DNA of 64,000 bases from Chrysomallon squamiferum (lineage: Eukaryota > Animalia > Mollusca), in contig CM022666.1 in assembly GCA_012295275.1 (NCBI GenBank), forward strand, positions 9,858,001 to 9,922,000. Reading direction: 5' to 3'. The stretch's first letter is position 1. Each line of letters starts with the position of its first letter. The notes under the pieces were generated by a model, which was given only the letters and a program-made list of their open reading frames with translations, ran no database searches and had not been told where the DNA came from. The position numbers and the translations under genes were made by a program. Positions 41,521-53,141 of this stretch are shown here, piece after piece.

Positions 41521-42514
41521 TTATTCTTTTTCAGATTTTCCTGCTGCCAGCTGTTTGGTTCCTCTCAGTCTGCCTGTTCTTCTTGCAGCAATAAGCCCAA
41601 CCTAGAAGACAAATGTAAATATTTATACAGCTAACAATTCCAAGTAAAACAAAATAAGCAACTAGAACTTCAGTGCAATAAATGGTCTAGAACCTCAGTG
41701 GAATAAATGTCATAAAATATTCATTGTTTAAAAAATATCACATCAGAGAGAAGTGAAAGAAAACCTCTAACAAGTTTTATTAAATTACTGATGACCTGGT
41801 GCCTAATGGTTAGAAAAGCTCTAATTGCTTTCTCTGCTTTATTTAATTATAAAAACAAAATGAAATGTATATCTGGAGAAACAAGCCTATAAAAATAGTT
41901 TAATTAATTATATATAAATACAGTGCTACTGTGAGGTAATGGTGACAGTTTAACAATCTTAGAGAGAAAAGAAATGTCAATTCCTAGAGAAAGTGAACCT
42001 TTGGTTAATTAAATTTAAAAAACATCTGCCATCATAGACTTTTTATTTATTTATTTTTTTAAACTCCCATTCAGTTTCTTCAAATATAAAGGAGTAAAAT
42101 AATACTTTTCATAATTTTAATAAAATTTAGTTTTAATTATGGATATTATAAAGCTGTTCTGAAATCAAATTTTTGTTTACCCCTATTCCCATCCCTGGCA
42201 CTAGAGACTAGAGAAAAGAGACATTTGAAAATACATAAGCTACATAAACTCTATCAATTTTAAACAGTACTTATAGTATCTGTGAATGGTGAATTACTAT
42301 TACACGTACCTTTCTACCAGCAGGTGTATCTCTTCTGACAGTTGAAGCTTTACCAATATGCTGGTGGTTACCACCACCATGGGGATGTTCAACAGGCTGT
42401 GGAAAAATAGCAGTGACAGCATTTAACATTTTAAACACACAAGTTACAAGTGTTTACAAAGGAAGAGAACAGCTAAAGTAATTATGGTGATAAATAACAC
42501 CGTTTTCATGTCAG

Positions 42515-42576
<62 letters not shown>

Positions 42577-45500
42577 TACTGGATGTAGAAATCTATGAAC
42601 TGATCAGGTCAAGAATTTATACCATGTCAATTAAAGACCAAAGTTAGCTCCCCTCACTAACATATCTAATTAAAATGATGAAGATAATACATATTTCTGT
42701 GTCTATCATTACAAGTTTACATAAATGTTTTTTCCATTGGATATGAAAATGAGACTAACATTCATGGCAACACCACGGACTTTGGGCCAGCAGTTTCTCT
42801 TTGCCTTGTACTTGTGGTATGCTCGTCCTGCCTTCAGAATGGGCTTGTCAATACGTCCTCCACCAGCCACAATACCTGCAATACAGTTACACGACTTTTC
42901 TGTAACATTTCAGTATCTTGTCTCATAGAAGATAATATATAAGCTAATCAAGACAGAACATTATGCTTAGTGCAGAACAGGAATGCATTAGTTACATAAC
43001 AAAACAAACAGGTATTACACATTTTGAAACTCCTGTGAGTAACATTTTTCATCTGCATTCCATGTAATAATAAATAAAATAAAATTACTTTTACCATGAT
43101 AATTAGTTACAACCACAACAGAATAACCAAACATTTGTTATGTAAAAAGATGAAATGTACTTTTTAAAAATTGAAGAACATTACCATTGTGACCATTTAC
43201 TGTATTACTGTTTGTAACAAAAGGCACCAACAAAACATTATTAAACATCAACCACAGACAATTATTAACAATATACCTGTATCAAATTTGTATGCTTCAC
43301 ATATTTACATAGTTTTAAAAATAGCTTTTTGGAATTTTCAACCTTTACTTTTTTAACACAGGCTGTATGTAGCCCATGTATCCTCTAGCTGAGAACAGCT
43401 CAGTCAGACTTTTGCATGGAGGTTACTGGTTCAGAGCTTGACCTTAATGGTAGCTCAGGGTTTTTTCATTACTGGTGTCTCTTCCCTTTTTTCTGCCTGT
43501 CTAGTGATTAAAGTTTTCAATTTGCTTCATTCATCCAGATTTGAAATTCCACCTTTCCTGTGTGCACAGTGTTAGTCATTTTTGTTGTTAATTGTAACTT
43601 ATCTTATTGATTACAGAAAGTAAACATTATTTGTCAGCTTCTTTACAGTTTTACAAATGACCCGATACAAAAATGAAAATTATCTTAACATGAACTAAAA
43701 CCAGTGTTTACAGATATCAGATGAGAGCTAGAGACTCACGCATGAAAAGATTAAATCTGATTGGAGCTTTCTGTAGAGATAGTGTAATGGACTTGACTGT
43801 CACCATCAGTGGAAGAGTATAAACTCACTGATTTGTTGTCCATGGGGGGACAGAGGAGCAGACGGCATTTGCCAGTGTTACACAGCATGACTATTCCAAC
43901 AATGACAGTAACTAGGATAAATGTAGTATTCATAAATTTAGTTCAGTGCTCATCATAAAAGTGTATTTTTTTCTGACTATAATTTCACATAATATGCAAA
44001 AAATTAGCACATAATGAAAGCTGTAGCAAAAAGAAACAAAACACACAAAAAATGATGACTATCTCCAGCAGTTCAAAAGGTATATGCAAATCGGTATGAC
44101 AGGTATCTGGTCGGGTTTTTTTCAAAATTGGTTTGAAGGCATGAAAACGTACGTTTTTGGTCACAACTTTTGATATAAGCCATTGCCAGCGACGACATGC
44201 ACATGGTTAGAAAGATTAACTTTGAAGCCATTTTGGCGGAAACAAGCCAAGCATTTGTAGAGTGACCCTATTTTAGGACTTTTTATTCCATGCTGTTAAT
44301 TGCTGACCACTGGTGCCAAAGTGTGTTAACCCCACTGTGTTCAACACTCTCATATAAAGAACTGATTTAACATATAACAAGAACACCACCACCATTTAAA
44401 AGAGCACATAATGATCTCTATTTCCACATGTGTTTTTTATGGTGGGATTTATAGAAGGGATTGGATTTGGGAGTGGAGGAAAACGGACAAAATCTGGACT
44501 TTTAACAGCTTTGACCAATTATATCGGCTAGGCTATCGGTACCTAATTTAACTTTAAATAAAGGATTTTAATTTTTTTTAAAACGTTAAGTTTTAAAAAC
44601 TGATCAAGCAGCTATCATTTGACACGGTTAAGGTCAAGATGTAGTTTTCTGCTAGAGAAAGGTTAATGTTTCTGTACAATTGCCAACATTTCCAGCTAGT
44701 ATGCTTAGTTAATGTTAATTTTGGCTTTATATTCCTTTGGACTGGTAACTTTCGAGTTATTTTGCATCACAGATGGATGTTATTTATACCATTTTAAAGA
44801 CTTTTGCATTCAACTAGGCTATGTGGGGTGCCGTTTTCTATTAACAATAAACTATAAACACACAGTGATCCAATGTTAAATTACTCACCAACCATGGCTC
44901 TGTTTGCAGATGGCATTGCTTTCTTGCTACCAGAGGGCAGTTTGACTCGAGTTCTCTTTGTGTCTGGGTTGTGAGAAATGACTGTGGCATAGTTTCCTGA
45001 GGCACGAGCCAGTTTTCCTCGATCTCCTGTCTTTTCTTCCAAACTGCAGACTATGGTTCCTTCTGGCATCATGCCAACAGGCAAAATATTTCCTATCTGC
45101 AGGGAGGCTGTGGGGTAGTAAAAAATAAAATAAAAATAGTAACAAAAACAACAAAAAGAACATTAATGCTGATATCAGAAATAAAAGATCAACAATGTAG
45201 CAAATCCATCTACTCAAATTTCTGTGAACATATACTGTGAACAGTGGGGTTTTTTGAATAAATAAAGCCAATTTTGTTTTTCTATTACTACATCTCAGAT
45301 TGTTGAGTTCTCCACATGAAATTCAGGTCAAAGTGAAGAAATTTTTAATTCATCACTGATGCAGTAAAAAAAATGTACGAATATTTTTGTAATAAAAATT
45401 TGTCGTGAACTCAACTATATTTCTCAGTACTGACAGCTTATTACAACAGACTGGGTAAAACTGTAGACGTTAAAACAGCTTTAAATTTATAAATAAATGA

Positions 45501-46021
45501 ATTTAAAAAACAACCCAAAACAGCAACATATAATGAAATCCTGAAGTACCTTTTTTCCCACAGTAGAGGAACTGTCCAGTGTACATGCCTTCAGCAGCAA
45601 TAAATGTCTCAGTTTTCTGTCTGTAGCGATATGGATCACGGAATACTACTTTAGCAAGAGGTGCTCCTCTGCCTGGATCATGTATGATATCCTAGAAATA
45701 AATGCAATACTCACACTGAATCATGCATGAATATTCCATTAATATAGCATTCCGATATAATATTTTGACCTTATTCTCTTAAGTACACTAGTATTTTCAG
45801 AAAATTATATACTCAAAATAATAAAAATTCAATCACAACTGAAAGAAAACAAATTGTTTTTGTTATATTTTGTACAAAAATACCTTAATTATGCCCTTAA
45901 TGTATCCGTGTCTTTCAGCGAAGTCTACAGGTCGAAGTTTGGCTGCTCCTTTTCTGTGTTTTGTATGAGCCTTGAAAACACTTCCAGGCCCTTTTCTCTG
46001 GGCTCTTATAACTCGGCCCAT
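41521..46021 (-). CDS. RPL8: 60S ribosomal protein L8 (uL2), 260 aa; coding exons 46021-45884, 45691-45550, 45107-44889, 42875-42760, 42396-42310, 41601-41521
   Basis: Joined translation [20 protein letters not shown]...[13 protein letters not shown]...[16 protein letters not shown]...[25 protein letters not shown]...[14 protein letters not shown]. All introns GT-AG. Exon lengths 138+142+219+116+87+81=783. Confidence 0.99.
45286..45366 (-). ncRNA. SNORD37: Intronic box C/D snoRNA, U37/SNORD37-like, guiding 28S rRNA 2'-O-methylation
   Basis: Minus strand: 9 bp terminal stem TACTGCATC/GATGTAGTA, box C GTGATGA (45356-45350), 17 nt guide AATTTCTTCACTTTGAC before box D' CTGA (45326-45323), C'-like ATGTGGA, box D CTGA (45298-45295). 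The guide is complementary to conserved 28S GUCAAAGUGAAGAAAUU. Confidence 0.9.
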
Positions 46022-46374
46022 GTTAACTAAAAAAATAATAAATAAATAAAATAATACTAATTAAAAAATTAAAAGATCAGAGATACGTTTTACCGAAACA
46101 ATATTTTACACAGATTGAATTGATAAGGATGTTCCCAACTTTGGTATCATTATCAATGTAACGGTGAATGTTTAGTTATCAAGATGTGACACGATCCAAA
46201 CCAAGAAGAAAATATAGTTATTTCAAAAAGAAAACTAATATTTTAAAGAAAAATAATGAAACCATTTAATATTTTAACATTAATAATTTATATATAAACC
46301 AAAAGTGCCACAGGATGTTTTTCTTTTATTACAGCTAGTGATGGATTTACTATTTAACCAAGAAACACACTCAC

Positions 46375-46408
46375 CAATATGATGGTAGAAGTGTGAAAAG
46401 GAAGAAAC
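46375..46408 (-). promoter_or_regulatory. RPL8 non-coding exon 1 with polypyrimidine TCT initiator / 5'TOP
   Basis: Minus strand tttCTTCCTTTTcacacttctaccatcatattg|GTGAGT. The next acceptor is ttttttag|ttaacATG at 46027. Confidence 0.85.
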
Positions 46409-46767
46409 CAAACCGTCTAATCACGACTTTAAAAAATAGTATCAGTAAAGCCTTATAGTTATCGTTTAATAAAAGATATTATACAAATCACATACCTGTA
46501 GCACAAATAAATACAAATAGCAATTATCTGTCTTATAATTAAAATAGTGACTATTTTACGACTATTGTAATCGGGCGAGGTTTATTTTCGTCGGCCATTC
46601 GGTATATATCGCTTGTTTACGTGTCTCCAGATACTATTTTCTACCTATCTATATTTAATAGGTTCAACAATATTTTTGCATTTGATTACAAATGTTTACG
46701 TTCGAATCACTAAAATAAAGATAATTATAATGCTTATCTGATAGGTGGTTTAATAATAATAATAATG

Positions 46768-46800
<33 letters not shown>

Positions 46801-47899
46801 TCTACAACAACAACTATTACTATTACTACTACTGTTGCTACTACGACTACTACTGCTGCTGCTTCTGCTGCTATTACTGCGATTACAACTCCTTCTAAAT
46901 AAATAAATGAACAACAACAACAAAAAACAGTAACACACATGCAACTACTTCCAAAGAAAAGAACACCGCATTTATACATTAACAACAGAAACAACAATAG
47001 CTTCCTCTTCTTATTATTATTTTGTTTTGTTTTATTTAATTAATGTTAAACATTTGTTTGTTTTTATGTATTCTAGCTGATACAGAACATTTTGAGAGTT
47101 TGAAAATATTTGTTTTTAACCGTTCATCTCTCAGTCTCCTTTTACTGTAATGAAAACAATTCATTTGTACGTATAATTAATCTGAGTATATGTATATTCA
47201 ACAATATCAACATAAAGTTTACTAGTATATTTAGAATAATTGTATAGATATTATGAATAATTGTATTTATTTATTTAAATATTATTATCTGTAATAATAT
47301 AATTTTTATTTATACACAGCAGAACAACTCGTTGACGATCTGGATTCATTTTATCTGGTAGAATATGCCTCCAAATAACATGAACTTTCTTCTTGTATGA
47401 AGAAAACATACGTTTTATTATTATTATTATTATTACAACTATCATCATCATCATCATCATCATCATTATCGCCATTGTCAAAATCGTCTATTAAATGTTT
47501 GTTATGTATTAGTTTTAAACTGACTAGATTGTGAATTTAGACTATATATAATAATTATTTCATTTTTAGTAAGGAATGAAATATAGCTAATTAATAAATT
47601 GTAATCTGAGGAATATAGTTGTAATGTATTTAATTTGTTAATACATATTCTATTTGAGTTTTCAAGATTATTAGCAAATATATTTAACATGTCACCGCAG
47701 AAATAAGAAACAGAGTTGCTGATTTAGCGATAATACAGAGATGGTTGTTCTTCTAATAGTACACGCACCTGTATTCTGTGTAAAACGTCACTATTTTGCT
47801 TTACTTTTCACTTATGCCAGATATTTAACAAAACATACCAAGTTATTTTTCATAAAATAAATGATTTTCTAAATAAAGCTATCAAATTGTAATACCACT

Positions 47900-48125
47900 A
47901 TAACGCGCGGTTTTTATTTAGATTATATTTTTAAATTAATTTACTCAGGTGCTCTAAATACAAAATCGATGACGTCACGAATTGTGACAAGAGGACTTCA
48001 TTGACTTGTCAGCGACAGGTTTTATGGGTGTGACCTTACATCTCATGTGACGGAACTTTTGAAACTAATATAACTTTCCTTCAGAAGTAGTGATTGATAT
48101 GTGAAAACGGCAGGCAGTTTTTTGA
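47900..48125 (+). promoter_or_regulatory. Candidate promoter and non-coding first exon of the downstream + gene
   Basis: CpG-containing patch, CRE TGACGTCA at 47970-47977, donor GAG|GTACGT at 48125/48126. CpGs nearly vanish downstream of ~48300, consistent with a gene body. Confidence 0.5.
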
Positions 48126-48490
48126 GGTACGTTTCTTTATTAATTTCTTATTAAATTATTTATATTTTTCACCGATCGATCCAGAATTTCAGCTAAAATT
48201 TTCGACTGCCCACCCGGCAAGTTTTCTATTTCAGGAGTGCAGTTTCTCGACTACGTGTTATTACTGCTATTTTTGTATTACTTTTGCAATTTAATTATTA
48301 TTATTATTCAATTTGTTGTTTGTATAAATTGAAACTTACTGCATCTCTTTCTAAATAATAATGTTAACTTAAAATATATCAATAATAATAAAAAAATAAA
48401 TGAAAAATAATAAACAACAAATAAATAAATAAATAAACAAAAGTATATCAATAACAACAGCAAAACAGATAATAATAATAATAATAATAA

Positions 48491-48521
<31 letters not shown>

Positions 48522-50625
48522 AAGAAGAATAACAGTAATAATAATAATAATGACCTAAAATAAAGAATGAAATGAAAATTAATGTATCATTACTAAAATT
48601 TGCATGTTTTAAAAACAAAATTGTTTTGACACTGTCATTGTACACCGAAAATTGTGACAGATTCATATTAATCTTGTATTTGGTGATACATTATGTTTTT
48701 AACTGATTTTACTGGTTTTATTTAATTTTGTATGCATATTGTGTTATTTTAAAAAAAAAACATGTTGCAGCACTAAAGTGCTTCTCTGTCACTCACTGTC
48801 TACACAAAAACACACATATACATATATAATAAAAATAAAAATAATAAAATAAGAAATGAAAGAAGCAATAAAATACACTACAAACTAACTTTGTTACTTT
48901 TTATTTGATGATATGTATTAGATAAAGTACACTTTAACATTTTAAACATTAACTGTAACATCACCAGTGACCAAAATGTCAAATACAGGAAGACACTGGG
49001 ACAACTTCATTACATGCTATTTGCATCACTCTTCTGTCACTAATTTCATCTTACTTGTATGTCATTTTATATAATGTGCAGTCATAAATATAATATTCAC
49101 TGCAACAACGACAGCTACAATAACAAACAAACATAGAGGCAGTTGTCACATACAAAGTTATATATATATACAGTTAAAAAAATGACTGTATAACCTTGCT
49201 GGGGATCAGTAGGTTACAGATTAGTCTGCACTGCTGTATGAGATATTATTTGAAAAAGTCCTCATTGACACATCTATCAATATTTGTGGTCTGTGGAAAA
49301 GTGCATGAATTATACCATTAATTACAAACATTAGAAGATAAATTAAATATCTAAACAACTTTGTGACACGTTTTAATTATTATTTTTTTTTGTCAGGGGA
49401 GGAGTGTGTTTAGTGACCTCAGTGGGAGAGAATAATCAACTACAAAATAAGAAACATAGTAACACTGATTGGACCATTTAATAATTTTAGAAAGTTTACA
49501 GATCACACAACAGAAGTACTGGGTGGGGTAACTTTCATCTTTTTTTCATTGTCATACATGATGTGCTGGGTGTGAACTTCTAAGCTCAGTATGTCTATTC
49601 ATGAGCTGTGTTAGTGAATTATTATGTCAGTGATAGCTGAAACACAAGATGTGTTGCTATGGTGATGAGCTATCAGTGCCGATACTGCTGCACACTGAGA
49701 TTGTGGTTTGCATCTTCACAGCCTTAGACAATGTTATCCAGTCACTAAGTGTTTTTATTTCCCAGATGGGTCTCTGTGTTTCTCTTTAACAATTCTGCAG
49801 TGATGTTTTGTTAATGTTGCAGTGCTTCAATGTCACATAAATGTTTCTTGTTTTAGGTTTTTGTCTTGATATATGTTTGTATTTAAATATAGAAACAGTT
49901 ATAAAACTGAGCCAAGATGTCTGAAATTTGATAGTTTAAAATGTTTTTTTTTATTTTTTTTTTTTAATTTAAATCCCCATAGTAATTTAGAGAGAAGTCA
50001 GACCAACTGAAATGTAAATCTGATATGTATTCCAGCTTAATAAATAAAAGCATTTAAATTGTATTTTAGATCAAATGTAGTCATTATGAAATAGGATAAT
50101 TTATATAATAGATTGCTTTCATTGAATATATTTCACTGTAGAATTAATAACATTAGACACAGAAATTAAATTATGACCAGTTTTTACATTTTAAAACAAT
50201 TCTTTTGTTTTATTTTTTAGTATTATTTTGCCTTAAAAACCAACAGAGGTATTTTTTATTATCATTGTTCCATGAGACATATGTAAATGCATGGGTTATG
50301 GTAATAACTGAACAGAGTAGATAGTGTACACCCAGCAGTGCCTTGTTACATCTACCTGGTATCTTTGATTAATCAGGCAGCATCTATTGATCAGGTATAC
50401 TGAAAACACTTTTTTAACATGATAGTAATGTATAATATGTAAAAGTAAATATTTGTATCATAGAATATGATTTCAAGAAAACATTTTAAAAATTCTATTA
50501 TATATCCCTTTAGGAGTTTTTATTGCATACAATGTAAACTGTATGTGTATATTGTGTGAAGTGTATGTTAGTATATGACGTGTGAATTTGTATATGTAAT
50601 GTGAGGTCTGTGTTTGTGTGTGTGT

Positions 50626-50695
<70 letters not shown>

Positions 50696-51337
50696 ACAGT
50701 ATACAGTATAAAGTGTATGTATGTATATATAGTGTGAAGAGTGTTTCTAAATAACACTGTATGTTATGCTTCTGTTCTCATTTGGCTATTCAGTGCAGGA
50801 CCAGAGTTATGTGTTGAACAGCTGATTAACAGTGACAAGGTGAGGTGCATGACACACTTCATTCCTACTGGATATAGTTGTGTATACAACCAGTTTGTGA
50901 CTCATGCGGTCTATGTAATATATTGAATTGTAAGCAGATATGCATATTTATATTAATGTATAATATAATGTCTTTTTTCACCAAGTATGAAATGGACATA
51001 TCAAAGAAAATATTAACAGTTTTTGTTATCAGTGTAATGCTTATTTCTGTAAGCTTATCTTACACTGTGTTTACTCAGGTATAAAACTCAGGTGTAAGTC
51101 ACAGACAAAGTTGAAAACTGAAATATACATGAAATATACTGGTACTAAATGTTAAATTAAGACATGATATTTATTTACATTTTATTGTATTTGTCATGTG
51201 TGAAGGTTAAGAAATCTTATGTATGTGTTTGTGTGTGTGTGTGCATATGTATATATATTTTTATAGATTGACTGAATGACTGATTGAGCAGTATATAGAT
51301 GTTTTCTATCAAGTAGACAATATAAATCTAGACAGAA

Positions 51338-51552
51338 TATTTGTAATAATAAAAATGGTTTTGAAAGATTATATCTGTCATAAATCTAATTTGAAACAGC
51401 TGATGTAATTCAAGTAATAAAACTCATTTTAAACTGATGACATATTTGTAATAGTAAAAAATGATTATAAACAGATGATATATTTGTAATAATAAAAACT
51501 CATTTTAAACAGATGATATGTTTGTAATAATAAAAAATGATTTTAAACAGAC
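51338..51552. repeat. ~38-40 bp tandem repeat (ATTTGTAATAATAAAAACTCATTTTAAACAGATGAT)
   Basis: About five related units. Confidence 0.8.
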
Positions 51553-53110
51553 AGTAAAGATGTGTATGGTTTTAATGAGATGGACAGCTGTAATTTTGAC
51601 AGTGGTAATGAAAGACCCACAGAAGACTTGAAGAGTGAGTCATCTCACATTTCCTGTTAATTATTGATCTCAGTCTTTAATATGCACTTTCTAATTGCCT
51701 TTCTCTTCTCTTCTGTTAGCCATCATATCGTTTCTCTGTGTGTGAGCATATTCTGAGCAATTGGGTATGCGAAAAGTGGTTACTGACAAAATTTTGTAAA
51801 TATCAGTTTCTTATGAAAATGGTTAGTATTTTGCAATAATAATAAATAATAATAATAATAATAAATAATAATAATAATAATAATATATGAATAGATGTTA
51901 ATTTTTTGGCAGTTCATACATGATTTACAAATATCATTTATTTAGAGTTATTTAGGAACTATTAGATTCTGCTTTCTCTAATACTGAATACTTAATTAAA
52001 TGTTTGATATTAATCTGTACTTATCTTTTTTTTTTTTAATTTTACTTTACTTTAATTTTTTTTAATTTTTTAATTTTAATTTTTTCTTTGTTGGAATTAA
52101 TTTAGATAAGTTTAATTTTAAAGTGACTGAGGGATGGTAAAGAAATGAATAAGAAAGAGAATTGCCAAAAATACTTTTCTTTGATTAGCTATTCAAGTCA
52201 GTTTCACAAAACTTGAAAAGACCAAATACAAACAAACACTGTCACTGTGAAAGTATGTATAATGATGTGGGAAGAATTTAAGAACCACCAAGTAGAAAAC
52301 TCTAACTGGTTTGTCACTCAGGTTTTGTCATTCTTTGATGGAGAAAATCCTGTGTATGTGGTCATCAGTTGTCTGTCTTTGTTACACTTTATAAACAGGG
52401 CAGGACTGTTTAAACTTACTGTAACTGTATTGGTAAAGAGCCCAGATATAAAACATTCAAGAGATACAGTGTAATTGATTTATTAAACTTTATTTTTTAT
52501 ACAGATTTTATTCAGTAAAAATAATTAAATAGGATTTGTTTATTTTTTTTGTTATTTTCTGATCATTACTGTTGTTGACTTTGTTTGTCATGTATATATT
52601 TGATCTCTTTATTCCTTTTTGTTCCTTTTCATTTTAAGCATCTTAGAAATAAAATTTTAAATGTTAGTTAAAAAGTCACATCAGACTGAGTGTAAAATAA
52701 TTCACATTCCATTGTATATGTTTATTTATGTGCATAAAATTCAGTAATAATAGTTAATATTATACTTGTGTGTTGTGCATGTGGAATCTTTGTTGTAAAG
52801 GCTCACCAGAAGAGTGATGGGTTGTAAGATCAATCCTCCTTGATGGATGACACAACTATTTTGACATTTTAGTGTATCAGTGCAATAATATTCATATTTT
52901 CCTTTTGTGTTATTATTTCTTTTTTTAAGCTGTTTTTTTTAAGATTCTGTCCATCCTGGTAATCTTTATTAAATATAGTAATAGTCACTGCAGGTTATTA
53001 ATTACCAAATACTGCTTTTAAAAACAGTAAAAAAAATTAATAATAATAATAATAATAATTAAAGTTGATTTTCATTTATAAAATAAAAAAATAAAATAAT
53101 AATAATAATA

Positions 53111-53141
<31 letters not shown>

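Noticed and set aside
43360-43570. tRNA-like AGCTCAG...GGTTC motifs
   Set aside because: No cloverleaf. At best a decayed tRNA-derived SINE head.
44650-44790. Possible H/ACA snoRNA in RPL8 intron 4 (also a hairpin at 41745-41836 in intron 6)
   Set aside because: Stems are weak, box spacing is unconvincing and no pseudouridylation pocket target was recognised.
44927-45271. 114 aa minus-strand ORF
   Set aside because: Out-of-frame read-through from the intron into the RPL8 exon. The true frame is the RPL8 one.
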